From contig BLSG01000410.1 in assembly GCA_012862495.1 (NCBI GenBank), positions 197,558-261,557 of the forward strand: 64,000 bases of DNA, read 5' to 3'. Under the pieces are notes generated by a model, which was not told the origin of the DNA, did not search any database, and worked only from the letters and a program-made list of their open reading frames with translations. The stretch is from Thraustochytrium aureum. Taxonomy: Eukaryota. This document shows, in pieces, positions 46,032-57,892 of this stretch (position 1 is its first letter; every line of letters starts with the position of its first letter). The position numbers were made by a program, and so were the translations under genes.

Positions 46032-48085
46032 TCAATCGCCCCTGTGCAAAAACCGCGGCTTGGACACAAAGCTGCGAGAAAGCCCTCGGCGCAGCGCATG
46101 CTGAGCCAAGACAAGGTTGACTGCCGCGGTAATTGACAGGGCCAAACCCAAGTTGTAGAGCGGACCCTCCCAAGCGATGAGCGAGGAGACCATGAATGCG
46201 GCCATAAACAGAAGAGCAACGCGCTCAACCGCCCCAAGGAGCGTCTCGTCCCCAGGGCGATTCGCGAAAACGTCGTCGTCGGCACGCAGGGCGCTGGGGC
46301 TGTAGTTGCCGAGAAACAAGTCCACCGCGTCCTGTTTCGCACCGTCTGCGAAATTGTTGAGCACATACCGCGTGACGCTGTTGAGCCCGTCCTGCAGCTT
46401 GCCGAGAGGCCCGAGGCGCGTCTTGAGCGCAGGCGTGCCCGCGTAGAGGACGCTCATCGTATTTGCATTGTTGCGCCAGCAGGCCTGCAGCGCGCGCTCA
46501 ACATCGTGGTGCGGCGAGGAGAGCACAAAGGCCCTGTCCCTTGTTTTTTGTTCGTGCAGCGACTCGCTCCCACCGCCAGCGGCGTCCCGCAGGTCGCCCT
46601 TGGCGGGGTGAGAGTGGGCGGAGGCAACGAGGCGGAGCGTGTCTAGCAAGGCCTGGCGAGCAAAAACCGTCTGCACTACGTTGGTGCGGTCGAGGTTGTC
46701 CATGCAGTTCGTGCGGAAAACGCCCTGCTGCCAGCACTCGACCTGGTCGTTGCGCAGCTGGACGAAAACCCGAAGCGGTCAATGTCGTCTTCGACCTGTT
46801 TGACGAGCTTGCCCAGGTTGTCGTATCGGCCCTTCCGGCATTCGTGGTGAAAGTCGAACCAGACGAGGCGCAGCGCCGGGCTACCGAGCGCGTCGGCGTG
46901 GGCTTGGTACGTTTGGCCGAGCCCGCGCTGGTCCGCTACGGAGCCGCTGGTCCCGACTCGATCGATCAGGTTGACGGCCGTCACGCTCCCGTAATTGGCG
47001 ATGGAGTGTTGGCCGGCAAAGTGCGCCCTGAACGCGTCCGCGGCACTGACCTGCCCATCTGCGCGCTGGCCGTCCTGCGTCGCCGACGTTGCCCGAGTGC
47101 GGTCCTGCTGCTCGACCTTGGGGGTGTACTTGGTGGTCACCTTTTGGGTCCAGAGCGTCGGGACCGAGCCGCGCGTCTGCACGTACGCGCAGAGCGCGAC
47201 GTCGTCCCTCGAGCTCTCCCGGCGCGGCTCGGGCAAGATGATCTGCTCTGTCTCTACGAAGTTGGCCGCGCACCCATGCGAGTCCAAGCCGCGCACTACG
47301 AAGCGCATGCCTTGGCGGTCCCGCGCGCGCCTGCTGATAAACATATAAGTGAACCGCAGCCCCGTGGCTGCTTGGACGCGGAGCTCGGCGCGCACGTATC
47401 CGCAGATCATCGGGTGCGCCCAGTCCCCCAGGCCAGCCTTGCAGAACGGCCTCGTCATGTGCTCGTTCCAGAAGAACCGCGGGTCTGCCCGCGCGGCTTG
47501 TGAGGCGAAAGAGAGCCGCTGCCGCTGGCCCTTGTCGCCGACCGAGCCTTCCGCGTCGCCTTTGACGTTCCACAGCCCTGAGCTGCCAGCTGCGAGGAAG
47601 GGGTTTTTCAGATCGTTCATCAGCGCGATGCGCTGCGCCGATTGCGTCAAGTCGTAGTTGTGCGAAAAGTAGAGGCACTGCGAGTCCACCACGCTGTGCA
47701 GCATTTCGAGAAACCGGGCCTCCTGCTGCAGCTGCAGCCTGTTCAGCCTCGGCGGTTTCTCGCCTCCCGACAGCGGCAGCGGCAAAAAGTCCGCCGCGAC
47801 AACTTGCCACACCTCGGCGCCGTGGGGTCCGTTTGCGACGACTCGCTTGGCTCGCGTCGCGACGCCCAGGTACCATCCGCGGTGCAGCCGAACAAAGCCG
47901 ATCACGGCGAACACCTGCATGCGCCTCGACTCGGCCCGCAGCGCGCTCGACCTCGCCTCCGACCCGAGGACAACCTCCGGCGCCGCATCGCGCTGCGACA
48001 CGAGCACGCACGCGCTGGACCCGCGTTGCAGCGGCGGCTCCAGCACCAGCGCGCCGCGCGTCCAGTGCAGCGCAAACTCGGCCAT
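46032..48085 (-). CDS. SAC1: SAC1-family phosphoinositide phosphatase with 2 C-terminal TM helices; frameshift at about 46768
   Basis: YFSHNYDLT, ADPRFFWN, ISRR..GMRF..RG..ANFVETEQ, QTRGSVP..W, FDFHHEC, FRTNCMDNLDRTNVVQ (Cx5RT), RYVLNNF.DG.KQD. Confidence 0.93.
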
Positions 48086-48473
48086 CCGCGACCGCCGCCC
48101 AAAGCGCCTCTGCTCGTCCACCTCCAGCGCCGCCTGCCCGCCTGTCTCCTGCCTGCCCGCAGAACAGCGCTTTGTTCGCTCGCCCGGTCTGCGAGAAAAA
48201 TTCCCACGAGCAGCTGCAGTTGGAGGCGTGGGCGAGGACTCCCTCCCTCCACGTGCGTAGGCAAGTAAGGAGTACCTGCACGCGAGCCTCGACTCGAGGC
48301 CCACGCAGCACGCAAGCAGCCGAGTGAGCCCACGGCCCTGCTCAGACACTCGCGCAACTCACCGCGCCGTAGGTACCTAAGTAAGCAGCGTTGTCCATCA
48401 CTAGCAGCGGATGAGAGGACTGACTCTGACTCCGACTGACTCACGTGGTCGCCCGTCGGANCGGGGCAGGTGC

Positions 48474-48479
48474 AGCCAG

Positions 48480-48511
<32 letters not shown>

Positions 48512-48524
48512 CCAGCCAGCCTGC
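48474..48524. repeat. (CCTG)n microsatellite in the divergent SAC1/biotin synthase intergenic region
   Basis: Read directly; reverse complement of the GCAG repeat. Confidence 0.93.
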
Positions 48525-48773
48525 TGATCGCTCCAGGAGACTCATGGATGGCGATTGGTCATCACCCGTCGCGATGCCTGCTGGGCTGACCCCGGACGGC
48601 GCAGTTTCTTCGATGGATACGAGAGTGTGTTGTTTGTATCCGTGGCGTCAGGCCTTGGCGTCGCAACCGCGGTCGGACTAGCCCATCTGGCGCCAGGCAG
48701 GTGCGGGCAGAGTCGCAAGTGCGAACGAAAGCGAGAGCGGCAGAGCGCGAAAGCAGAGGAAGAGCAGGCCAAG

Positions 48774-50124
48774 ATGAGCTGGGTCGCACAAACGCTGGTC
48801 GGCGCCCTCGGCGCCCGCGCGACGAGGGCGGCACGGACCGCCGTAACCGCGCAAGCCGGACACTGGAGGGCGCTGGCCTCCACGGCTGCACCGCAGCAAC
48901 AGGCGGTCGAGCAGGACGCCCTCCGGCGCCTCGCAGAGATCGAAGAGGAGCGCGCCGCTCTGCTCGCCCAGCTTGGCCGGGCCGGCGCCGGCTCCGCGAA
49001 CACCAGCGCCCAAGGAGACCGCGCAGACGGGACGTCCGACCTCGTCCTGAACGGTGTCGACGCGCGAGTGCGCACCGACTGGTCGCGCGAAGAGATCCAG
49101 GCCATCTACGACACCCCGCTCGTGGAGCTCATCTTCCACGCCGCCGCCGTGCACCGCGTCCACTTTCACCCGCTCGAGGTCCAGCAGAGCACGCTCTTGT
49201 CCATCAAAACCGGCGGGTGCTCGGAAAACTGCGGATACTGCAGCCAGTCGCAGCATCACAAGACGTTTGTCAAGCCGACGCCTACGATGAAACTCGACGA
49301 CGTCCTCGTGGCCGCTCGCGCCGCCAAGGAGCAGGGCTCGAGCCGCTTTTGCATGGGGTCGGCCTGGCGCGAGGTGGGCAACAAGCACGCCTTCAAGCGC
49401 GTCCTGGAGATGGTCCGCGAGATCAACGGGATGGGGATGGGAGGTCTGCACCACGCTGGGCATGCTTACGGCCGACCAGGCCAAGCAGCTCAAGGAAGCC
49501 GGCCTCACGGCGTACAACCACAACCTGGATACCAGCCGCGAGTTCTACCCCAAGGTGGTCACTACGCGCAGCTACGACGACCGCCTCAACACGGTCAAGA
49601 ACGTGCGCGAGGCTGGCATCAACGTGTGCTGCGGGGGGATCGTGGGCTTGGGCGAAGAGGACGCCGATCGCGTCGGCCTCCTGCACACGCTGGCGACGAT
49701 GCCCGAGCATCCCGAGAGCGTGCCGATCAACGCGCTCGTCCCGGTGGCCGGAACTCCGCTTGGCGACCGCCTCATCGCGCAGGGCCGTGCAACCACTTGG
49801 GACCAGATGGTGCGCATGATCGCTACGGCGCGCATCGTGATGCCGTCGACGATGGTGCGCCTTTCGGCGGGGCGCTTGGACTTTTCGCAGGCTGAGCAGG
49901 CGCTCATGCATCTGTGCGGCGGCAACTCGCGCTTCCACGGCACGCAGCTCCTGACGACGCCCAACCCGGAGGTCGACGAGGACCGCAAGCTATTTGAAAT
50001 TCTGGGCCTGCAGGGCAAGCCCCCGCACCAGCCCAGGCTCGAGTCGCCGTACCAGCAGGGCGGCTTTCGCATCCAGCGTACCACTGCGCCGCCGGCAGCG
50101 CCGTCGCAGGAGCTTCACCAGTAG
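48774..50124 (+). CDS. BIO2: Biotin synthase (radical SAM), mitochondrial-type presequence; +1 frameshift at about 49440
   Basis: [17 protein letters not shown] (CxxxCxxC), [14 protein letters not shown] across the shift, [34 protein letters not shown]. Confidence 0.96.
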
Positions 50125-50572
50125 GCTGGCCCGCGCTTTGGAGGAAGGAGGCGTCGCTTTTAATTCAAACAAAACACTCTGTCATTTGGCGGTTGTCGTG
50201 CCTTGTCACTCCCCAGCCTGCTCTGGCCGTGGGTCGCAACTGCTGCCGCAGCTGCGAGAGCGGCGCAAGGCCCCAGCCAAATTCTTCCTCGACACTCGCG
50301 CGACGCCCACCGAGGGCAGCAGGGAGCATGCATGCGGCGCTGGCAGGGCCAAGCAGAGCAAACCACACGAACCAGAAGCCCCCACCAAAAAGACTCGCCA
50401 GAAAGGCCTGACTGGCGACGCGAAAGGCACACGAGCAGTCAGTCACCCTGCAGCGACGGACGGGCACGAGCCGGGCCGGCACGCAGACAGACTTCCTGAA
50501 GAAGCAGGTAGGGGCGTGTCGACCAGGGGTTTCGGCACGAGGCGGGAGGGCGCACGTGCAGCGCGAGGCGCG

Positions 50573-51287
50573 ATGGTGGAGGCGAGCTTGGTAGGCGAAA
50601 AGCCGAAAGGGGACGTGGTTCAACTCAACAAGGACGTCTACTTTGGACCGATCCACGAAAATAACGTGGAGCAGCTGCGGCGGCTGCACGAGGCCATCCT
50701 GCCAGTTCAGTACAAGCCGCACTTTTACGAGCGCGTGCTCGCGAGCTCTGACGACAAGATTGCCAAGATCGCCTANNNNNNNNNNNNNNNNNNNNNNNNN
50801 NNNNNNNNNNNNNNNNNNNNNNNNNNNNNNNNNNNNNNNNNNNNNNNNNNNNNNNNNNNNNNNNNNNNNNNNNNNNNNNNNNNNNNNNNNNNNNNNNNNN
50901 NNNNNNNNNNNNNNNNNNNNNNNNNNNNNNNNNNNNNNNNNNNNNNNNNNNNNNNNNNNNNNNNNNNNNNNNNTTTAAGGATGTGATGGTCGGCGCGGCG
51001 TGCTGCCGCGTTGAGGAGCGCAACGGCAGCCCTTCCTCTATGTCATGACGCTCGCGACGCTTCCGGCCTACCGGAGCCGCGGGATCGGGTCGGGCCTCAT
51101 CGAGTACATGATCGGCCGCGCGCGCGACATGGGCCTCAAGGGCCTGTTCCTGCACGTGTGGACCACGAACGAGGGCGCCATCGAGTTTTACAAGCGGCTC
51201 GGCTTTGGCATCGTGGAGACGCTCAAAGGGTACTACAAGCGGATCGACCCGCCCGACTGCTACATTCTCGAAAAGCGCCTCGACTGA
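50573..51287 (+). CDS. NAA50: N-alpha-acetyltransferase 50 (NatE catalytic subunit)-like; spans a gap, one frameshift at about 51027
   Basis: NVEQLRRLHEAILPVQY..FY, VGAACCRVE, YVMTLATLPAYRSRGIG, LHVWTTNEGAIEFY, YYKRIDPPDC. Confidence 0.9.
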
Positions 51288-52795
51288 TCGACTCGATCAA
51301 GATGAGCGAAGCGTGCATTTGCTCTCTAGAGCTAGCCAGCCACTGGGCTAGGTTTGGAGAGAGCAACGGGCGCCCTGCTGGCGCCGCTCCCGCTGGCTCT
51401 GCTCTGCTCAGAGTCAGCTGGCGCAGCGGAGCTGCGCGCGCCGGTGGAGTGATCTGCTTGAGCGCGCCAAGGTCGAACCTACATCTAGCGAACTCGTTGC
51501 ACGGCGACTTTAGGGCTTTTTGAAACTCATTCCTGGAGGCTGGAGGGAGCGCAGTGCTTCTTTCTACTATGATAACATCACCCTCTCGAACGCTTCTCGG
51601 GCCGACCAACTTGTCAGAGCTCGAGCGAGCGAAACAGGTCCGCAAGCTCGCGAGCGTACGTTTGCGGGTTCTTGTAAAACCGGCAGTTGTTTGCGCAGTT
51701 GTCCCACGGCGCAGCCCCAAAATCAGTCGAACCTGCTGCCCCCGCAGTAGGCCCAACCTGGAAAAGGGCGCCCGCCCCGCGCATGCGAGAGGCCGAGCAA
51801 GCACAAAGCCTAGGCAAACGCGAAGCCNNNNNNNNNNNNNNNNNNNNNNNNNNNNNNNNNNNNNNNNNNNNNNNNNNNNNNNNNNNNNNNNNNNNNNNNN
51901 NNNNNNNNNNNNNNNNNNNNNNNNNNNNNNNNNNNNNNNNNNNNNNNNNNNNNNNNNNNNNNNNNNNNNNNNNNNNNNNNNNNNNNNNNNNNNNNNNNNN
52001 NNNNNNNNNNNNNNNNNNNNNNNNNNNNNNNNNNNNNNNNNNNNNNNNNNNNNNNNNNNNNNNNNNNNNNNNNNNNNNNNNNNNNNNNNNNNNNNNNNNN
52101 NNNNNNNNNNNNNNNNNNNNNNNNNNNNNNNNNNNNNNNNNNNNNNNNNNNNNNNNNNNNNNNNNNNNNNNNNNNNNNNNNNNNNNNNNNNNNNNNNNNN
52201 NNNNNNNNNNNNNNNNNNNNNNNNNNNNNNNNNNNNNNNNNNNNNNNNNNNNNNNNNNNNNNNNNNNNNNNNNNNNNNNNNNNNNNNNNNNNNNNNNNNN
52301 NNNNNNNNNNNNNNNNNNNNNNNNNNNNNNNNNNNNNNNNNNNNNNNNNNNNNNNNNNNNNNNNNNNNNNNNNNNNNNNNNNNNNNNNNNNNNNNNNNNN
52401 NNNNNNNNNNNNNNNNNNNNNNNNNNNNNNNNNNNNNNNNNNNNNNNNNNNNNNNNNNNNNNNNNNNNNNNNNNNNNNNNNNNNNNNNNNNNNNNNNNNN
52501 NNNNNNNNNNNNNNNNNNNNNNNNNNNNNNNNNNNNNNNNNNNNNNNNNNNNNNNNNNNNNNNNNNNNNNNNNNNNNNNNNNNNNNNNNNNNNNNNNNNN
52601 NNNNNNNNNNNNNNNNNNNNNNNNNNNNNNNNNNNCGTGACGCGCCCTCGGCTGGGCCCTCAGCGAGGAGTGCGCAAGGTGGCGGTGAGCGAGGTGGCGC
52701 GCTCCACGCGAGCGGCCTGCGAGCGACAGTGCCGCTGCGCGGCGTCTCGCGTCGTACACGGGTCTAGTGCAAGGCAGCTGCGATTCGTGCGGGCG

Positions 52796-53542
52796 ATGGG
52801 GGGCGGCGCGGACGCTCCTGCGGGCGCCGCGGCCAAGACCGTGTTCTTGGTGCGGCACGCCGAGTCCATGGAGAACGCCAAGCTGGCCTCGCTGAGGGCG
52901 TTCTTCTCTGGCGCATGGGCGACTGGGGCCGCTGACTGGGCCAAGCTGCGCCACGGCACAAGTATCCTCACCGAGCCCAGCTTGATCGACACCCGGCTCT
53001 CCGACAGGGGCCTCGGCCAGGTCGAAACGCTGTCGGCCCTGCTCGCGAAGGAGGGGTTCCTGCGCAAGCACAACGTGGAGGTCGTCTTCCACAGCCCGCT
53101 AGAGCGCGCCCGCGACACCTGTGCTGGTGTTCTGCGCTCCGACCCGAGCTTGGAGCTGCCCGTTGTGGTCGAGGACGTCATCCACGAAAAGTACTTGCGC
53201 GAATGGATCCCTGGGCTTGCCGCCAACTTGGACAGGCGCATTGAGCAGTTTGGGAAGCTCATGTTTGAGCGCCCGGAGCAGGTCATCCTGGTTGTGGGCC
53301 ATTCGCAGTTTTTTCGCCGGATGCTCGGGATGCGGGACAAGTTCAAAAACTGCGACGTTTGGCGGGTCACGCTCGACGCCCCGGCGACGGCTGGGGGCAA
53401 CTTCGTTTGGTCCAATCCAGAGCTTGTTGTTGCGGTGCCGCATGGAGCGGAGTCTGCGCCACCGCCCGCGGCGGCGGCTCTTGCAGCGAGCGCGGCCGCG
53501 AGCGCTGCGTCGCTGGAAAGCGCGACTATCAAGGAATCGTAG
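52796..53542 (+). CDS. Histidine phosphatase (phosphoglycerate mutase-like) superfamily protein
   Basis: FLVRHAES, DTRLSDRGLGQ, HSPLERARDT, ILVVGHSQFF, FKNC. Confidence 0.9.
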   Translation: MGGGADAPAGAAAKTVFLVRHAESMENAKLASLRAFFSGAWATGAADWAKLRHGTSILTEPSLIDTRLSDRGLGQVETLSALLAKEGFLRKHNVEVVFHSPLERARDTCAGVLRSDPSLELPVVVEDVIHEKYLREWIPGLAANLDRRIEQFGKLMFERPEQVILVVGHSQFFRRMLGMRDKFKNCDVWRVTLDAPATAGGNFVWSNPELVVAVPHGAESAPPPAAAALAASAAASAASLESATIKES

Positions 53543-54091
53543 CCGGCCGGCTTGCCCGGCGCCCAGACTGCGCGAGCTGTGCCCGACCGTCATGAGTAAG
53601 TAGAGAGTACTTGCGAGTACTCGACCAAGTACAATACCTCTGCTTCGTTTTGTGCACTGTGATGCGCTCGCCTCGGTTGTCGATGATCACGCCAGCCGCC
53701 AGGTGTGCGAGCGCGAAGCGCTTTTTGCACGTCGAGCGCCCGTCACAAGCAATGCAGACGATTTGCCCTCAGGCTGCCTACTCGCTCTGCGAAAAAACGA
53801 AGAAAAACCCGAGTAAATTCGCGCAATACAATCGCTCCCCCCTCCGAGTCAGCGCCGCCAGAGAAAGTAGGCCCGTCCTTCGTCCACTCTGCAGCGTCGC
53901 GAGAGCGGCAGGCTGCCAGAGGCCGGCCAGCCTGTCGTTCAAGTTCGTTCCTGCAGTCAGACGGGGGGTCAAGAGCGGACCTCTCACCGCACGAGGAGCA
54001 CGCCTTCCGCCTCTCTCCTCCCTCCCTCCCTACTCCGTGGTCGTGACGGAGCCAGCCACCCAAGCGACGAGAATCACGACCGCCAACACAC

Positions 54092-54165
54092 CGCAGCAGG
54101 CAGGCAGGCAGGCAGGCAGGCAGACCGGCAGGCAGGCACACGGCAGGCAGGCACACGGCAGGCAC
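54092..54165. repeat. (GCAG)n-rich microsatellite
   Basis: Read directly. Confidence 0.9.
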
Positions 54166-54971
54166 AAGGAGGCCAGGGCGCGTAGAGACGCCCTCACCGC
54201 GAGCGGAGGCGCACCCTGCGTCAGGCGAGCCCCAGCAGGGGCGGACCGCCGCCATCGAAGCGGTGACGACGCCACGCGCTGTTCCGCTCTCTCGCGAGAC
54301 GCACGGCGAGGCGCCTGGTGACTCCGGCTCCGCGAACGGACGGGCAGGCGNNNNNNNNNNNNNNNNNNNNNNNNNNNNNNNNNNNNNNNNNNNNNNNNNN
54401 NNNNNNNNNNNNNNNNNNNNNNNNNNNNNNNNNNNNNNNNNNNNNNNNNNNNNNNNNNNNNNNNNNNNNNNNNNNNNNNNNNNNNNNNNNNNNNNNNNNN
54501 NNNNNNNNNNNNNNNNNNNNNNNNNNNNNNNNNNNNNNNNNNNNNNNNNNNNNNNNNNNNNNNNNNNNNNNNNNNNNNNNNNNNNNNNNNNNNNNNNNNN
54601 NNNNNNNNNNNNNNNNNNNNNNNNNNNNNNNNNNNNNNNNNNNNNNNNNNNNNNNNNNNNNNNNNNNNNNNNNNNNNNNNNNNNNNNNNNNNNNNNNNNN
54701 NNNNNNNNNNNNNNNNNNNNNNNNNNNNNNNNNNNNNNNNNNNNNNNNNNNNNNNNNNNNNNNNNNNNNNNNNNNNNNNNNNNNNNNNNNNNNNNNNNNN
54801 NNNNNNNNNNNNNNNNNNNNNNNNNNNNNNNNNNNNNNNNNNNNNNNNNNNNNNNNNNNNNNNNNNNNNNNNNNNNNNNNNNNNNNNNNNNNNNNNNNNN
54901 NNNNNNNNNNNNNNNNNNNNNNNNNNNNNNNNNNNNNNNNNNNNNNNNNNNNNNNNNNNNNNNNNNNNNNN

Positions 54972-56895
54972 GATCCAAAAGCGGCCGGCCTACCTGATGG
55001 GCATCCTGAGGGGCCAAGAGCACCACTGGGACAAGAGCCGCGCAGCTGCCAACATGGAGGGCGGGTCCGCCAAGCTGCTCGCCCTGCCGCCCCAAGTGCT
55101 GACCACCATCGCCGATCTCTGCCTGGTGGGCAACCTTCTTCCGTCGGACTTTACGCCGGAGGTCTGCTTGTCGCTGCATCGCCTCACGGCCCCCCTAGCC
55201 GTCAAGGCTATCGTGGCGTTCAACTCGAACAAGCGCATCGGGGCCGGGAATAGGGGCGGCGTTCTCAACCGCCCGCGCTTTTTCCAGCGCCTCATTCAAA
55301 ACGTGGCTGAGCAAAACTCGTTCGACCTTCCCGCAGGTGGCGCTGGGCCGGTCTCTGCCAGCTCGACGCCGACCTCTCAGTCCTCGGCTGTCTCGTCCTC
55401 CTTTTCGTCGTCCCCGTCTCTGCCCTCGCCACGTAAATCTTCCAACGCGGCGAACTCGGACCGTGGCGGGTCGACAGCGAGGGCGGGGAAGGGCTTGAGC
55501 ACAGACGAGGGCCCCGCCGAGCCCAGCGCTGGCCTGGACGAGCCTACTTTGCAGGCGCCCGCGTGGGGTGCCTCGTAAAGCAAGGCAGGCTCTGCGAGCG
55601 ACCTCGGCAGCGAGCGCAGTGCTGGCTTGGCGGCCCGCAATGCCATGGACGTGCCGCCGGTGTGGGACGAGGGCCCAGCGAGTGGCGGCGCCGCCGCCTC
55701 GGAAACCCTCGCCCAGATGTCCGCGCCTGGCAGCGGGTTCGACGCAGACGGGGCCCTTGACGAAGACTTTGGGTCGCAGCATCAGCCCCAACAAGAGCCC
55801 GAAGCGGCGGACGACGACACGCGAGGCGCCCGCGCTGGAAGCGCCAGTGGGAGCATTGGGGACAGGGCTTTGCATCGCGCCGACCACACTATGTTCATCG
55901 ACACAGGGCTCCACGACGCTGTATCTCGCGGCGACAGCGCTTCGCACGATTCGATGCTGCACTGGGCAGGTCCCGTCTTTGCCTCTGGCGCGACTGGACG
56001 CGGCGGCGGCGCAGACGCAGGCATCGACTTTGGCGAACATCTGCACCGCCGCACAACCACGCAGGCGACGGGCGCTCGCTCTGGCCTCGAGCACCAATCG
56101 CACCACGCCCTGCACGAGGCGCGCCAAACAGACAACCAGCGCATTGGCTCCAACGCGCAAGCGCAGAGCCCTGCACGGCACGCGGCGGCCCCGCAATACC
56201 GTGAGCGACAGCAGCAACACGCGGACCCGCAGCAACAGAGCAACCATACCTCACTGGGAAGCAAAGGGGACGGGGCGTACTTCCAAACCGCGCTCCAGGC
56301 TGACTACAACCAGATTTCCGTGCCGCCCAGCGCCGCTGGACAGCAGGACGTCGCGAGTGCACAGTGGGCGCAGGGCGGCCAGTTCGGCTCCAACTTTGTC
56401 GATCTGATCAGCGCCCCGCGCCCAAGTACGGACTCTCCGAGCAGGGCCGTGCGGCTCGACGTGCGGCACGCCGAGCGCGAGCTTGGGTCGTGGGAGCATG
56501 CACCGTCGGGCCGGCCGTCCTTTCGGCACCACGACATGCAGCACAACTCGAGCGACGCGAGCTGGTCCGGCGGTATCGGTCTGGACGACCTGCGCGTTGA
56601 CGTCCCAGCGAAGCAGTTTGGCGCCTTCAGCAGCGCGGCAGACAAGGTCGACTCTTTCTCGAGCGCCGACCGCGCGGTCGCTGACGAGGTGGTGCGGCTC
56701 CGCGCCGCGCTGCGGCAGCAGCAGGACGAGAACATTCGGCTCAAGGCCAAGCACGACGCGCTGCTCTACACTTTGCGCCAGGCTTTGGAGGCGGCAGAGC
56801 GCGGAGCCCACGAGCAGCCGTCCGGCGCTGCCCTGGCGCACGCGTTCCAGCGCCCGACCAGCAAGTCGGGCTCCCCGAGCGCGGGCTCGAGCTAG
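54972..56895 (+). CDS. Hypothetical protein with hnRNP Q acidic-domain-like repeats and a C-terminal coiled coil; 5' end in the gap; in-frame TAA at 55576
   Basis: IQKRPAYLMGILR and GNLLPSDFTPEVCLSL..AIVAF..VLNRPRFFQRLI resemble the hnRNP Q/R N-terminal helical domain; ORFs 54997 and 55627 share one frame. Confidence 0.55.
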
Positions 56896-57892
56896 ACTGC
56901 GGATCGACTCTTTCATCCTGCCCTAGCTTTGGCCAGGCGGCCGCCGCGCCCCGCTTGTAGAAAGCGGCCCGCGACGGCGCTGCTTGTGGCTCGACACCGC
57001 CGAAACACGCGGAGGGCAGCAAGAGACACAGACACACACTACACGAGACACAGACAGACGACGCACAGACACACACGCAATCCGCGACCACCACCACCAC
57101 CACCACCACGGTGCTCGTTCAACGACCCGCGCGCAGGCCCAAGGAGGCACTCGCTCCCTGCCCAACCAACCCCCTACTCCCAAGAAAATCGAAACACGCA
57201 GCCATCCACCCGCCCCACGCCGCTCGCAACCAGGCCGGCTCGCCCACGCCGCCGGACGCGCGCCGAGCGCCCCGTTGTCGCGTTCTGCCTGCTGCTCTGC
57301 CTCCGCGTTTTCCCGCGCGCTCTCCGCTATCCCGAACAGAGGGCCGCACGACAGACCACAGCACAGCAGCAGCAGCAGCGGCAGCAGCANNNNNNNNNNN
57401 NNNNNNNNNNNNNNNNNNNNNNNNNNNNNNNNNNNNNNNNNNNNNNNNNNNNNNNNNNNNNNNNNNNNNNNNNNNNNNNNNNNNNNNNNNNNNNNNNNNN
57501 NNNNNNNNNNNNNNNNNNNNNNNNNNNNNNNNNNNNNNNNNNNNNNNNNNNNNNNNNNNNNNNNNNNNNNNNNNNNNNNNNNNNNNNNNNNNNNNNNNNN
57601 NNNNNNNNNNNNNNNNNNNNNNNNNNNNNNNNNNNNNNNNNNNNNNNNNNNNNNNNNNNNNNNNNNNNNNNNNNNNNNNNNNNNNNNNNNNNNNNNNNNN
57701 NNNNNNNNNNNNNNNNNNNNNNNNNNNNNNNNNNNNNNNNNNNNNNNNNNNNNNNNNNNNNNNNNNNNNNNNNNNNNNNNNNNNNNNNNNNNNNNNNNNN
57801 NNNNNNNNNNNNNNNNNNNNNNNNNNNNNNNNNNNNNNNNNNNNNNNNNNNNNNNNNNNNNNNNNNNNNNNNNNNNNNNNNNNNNNNNNNNN

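Noticed and set aside
4577..50124. Pseudogene calls or programmed frameshifting for frameshifted genes
   Set aside because: Conserved genes with intact catalytic motifs, shifts in both directions, no shared slippery motif; sequencing error is more parsimonious
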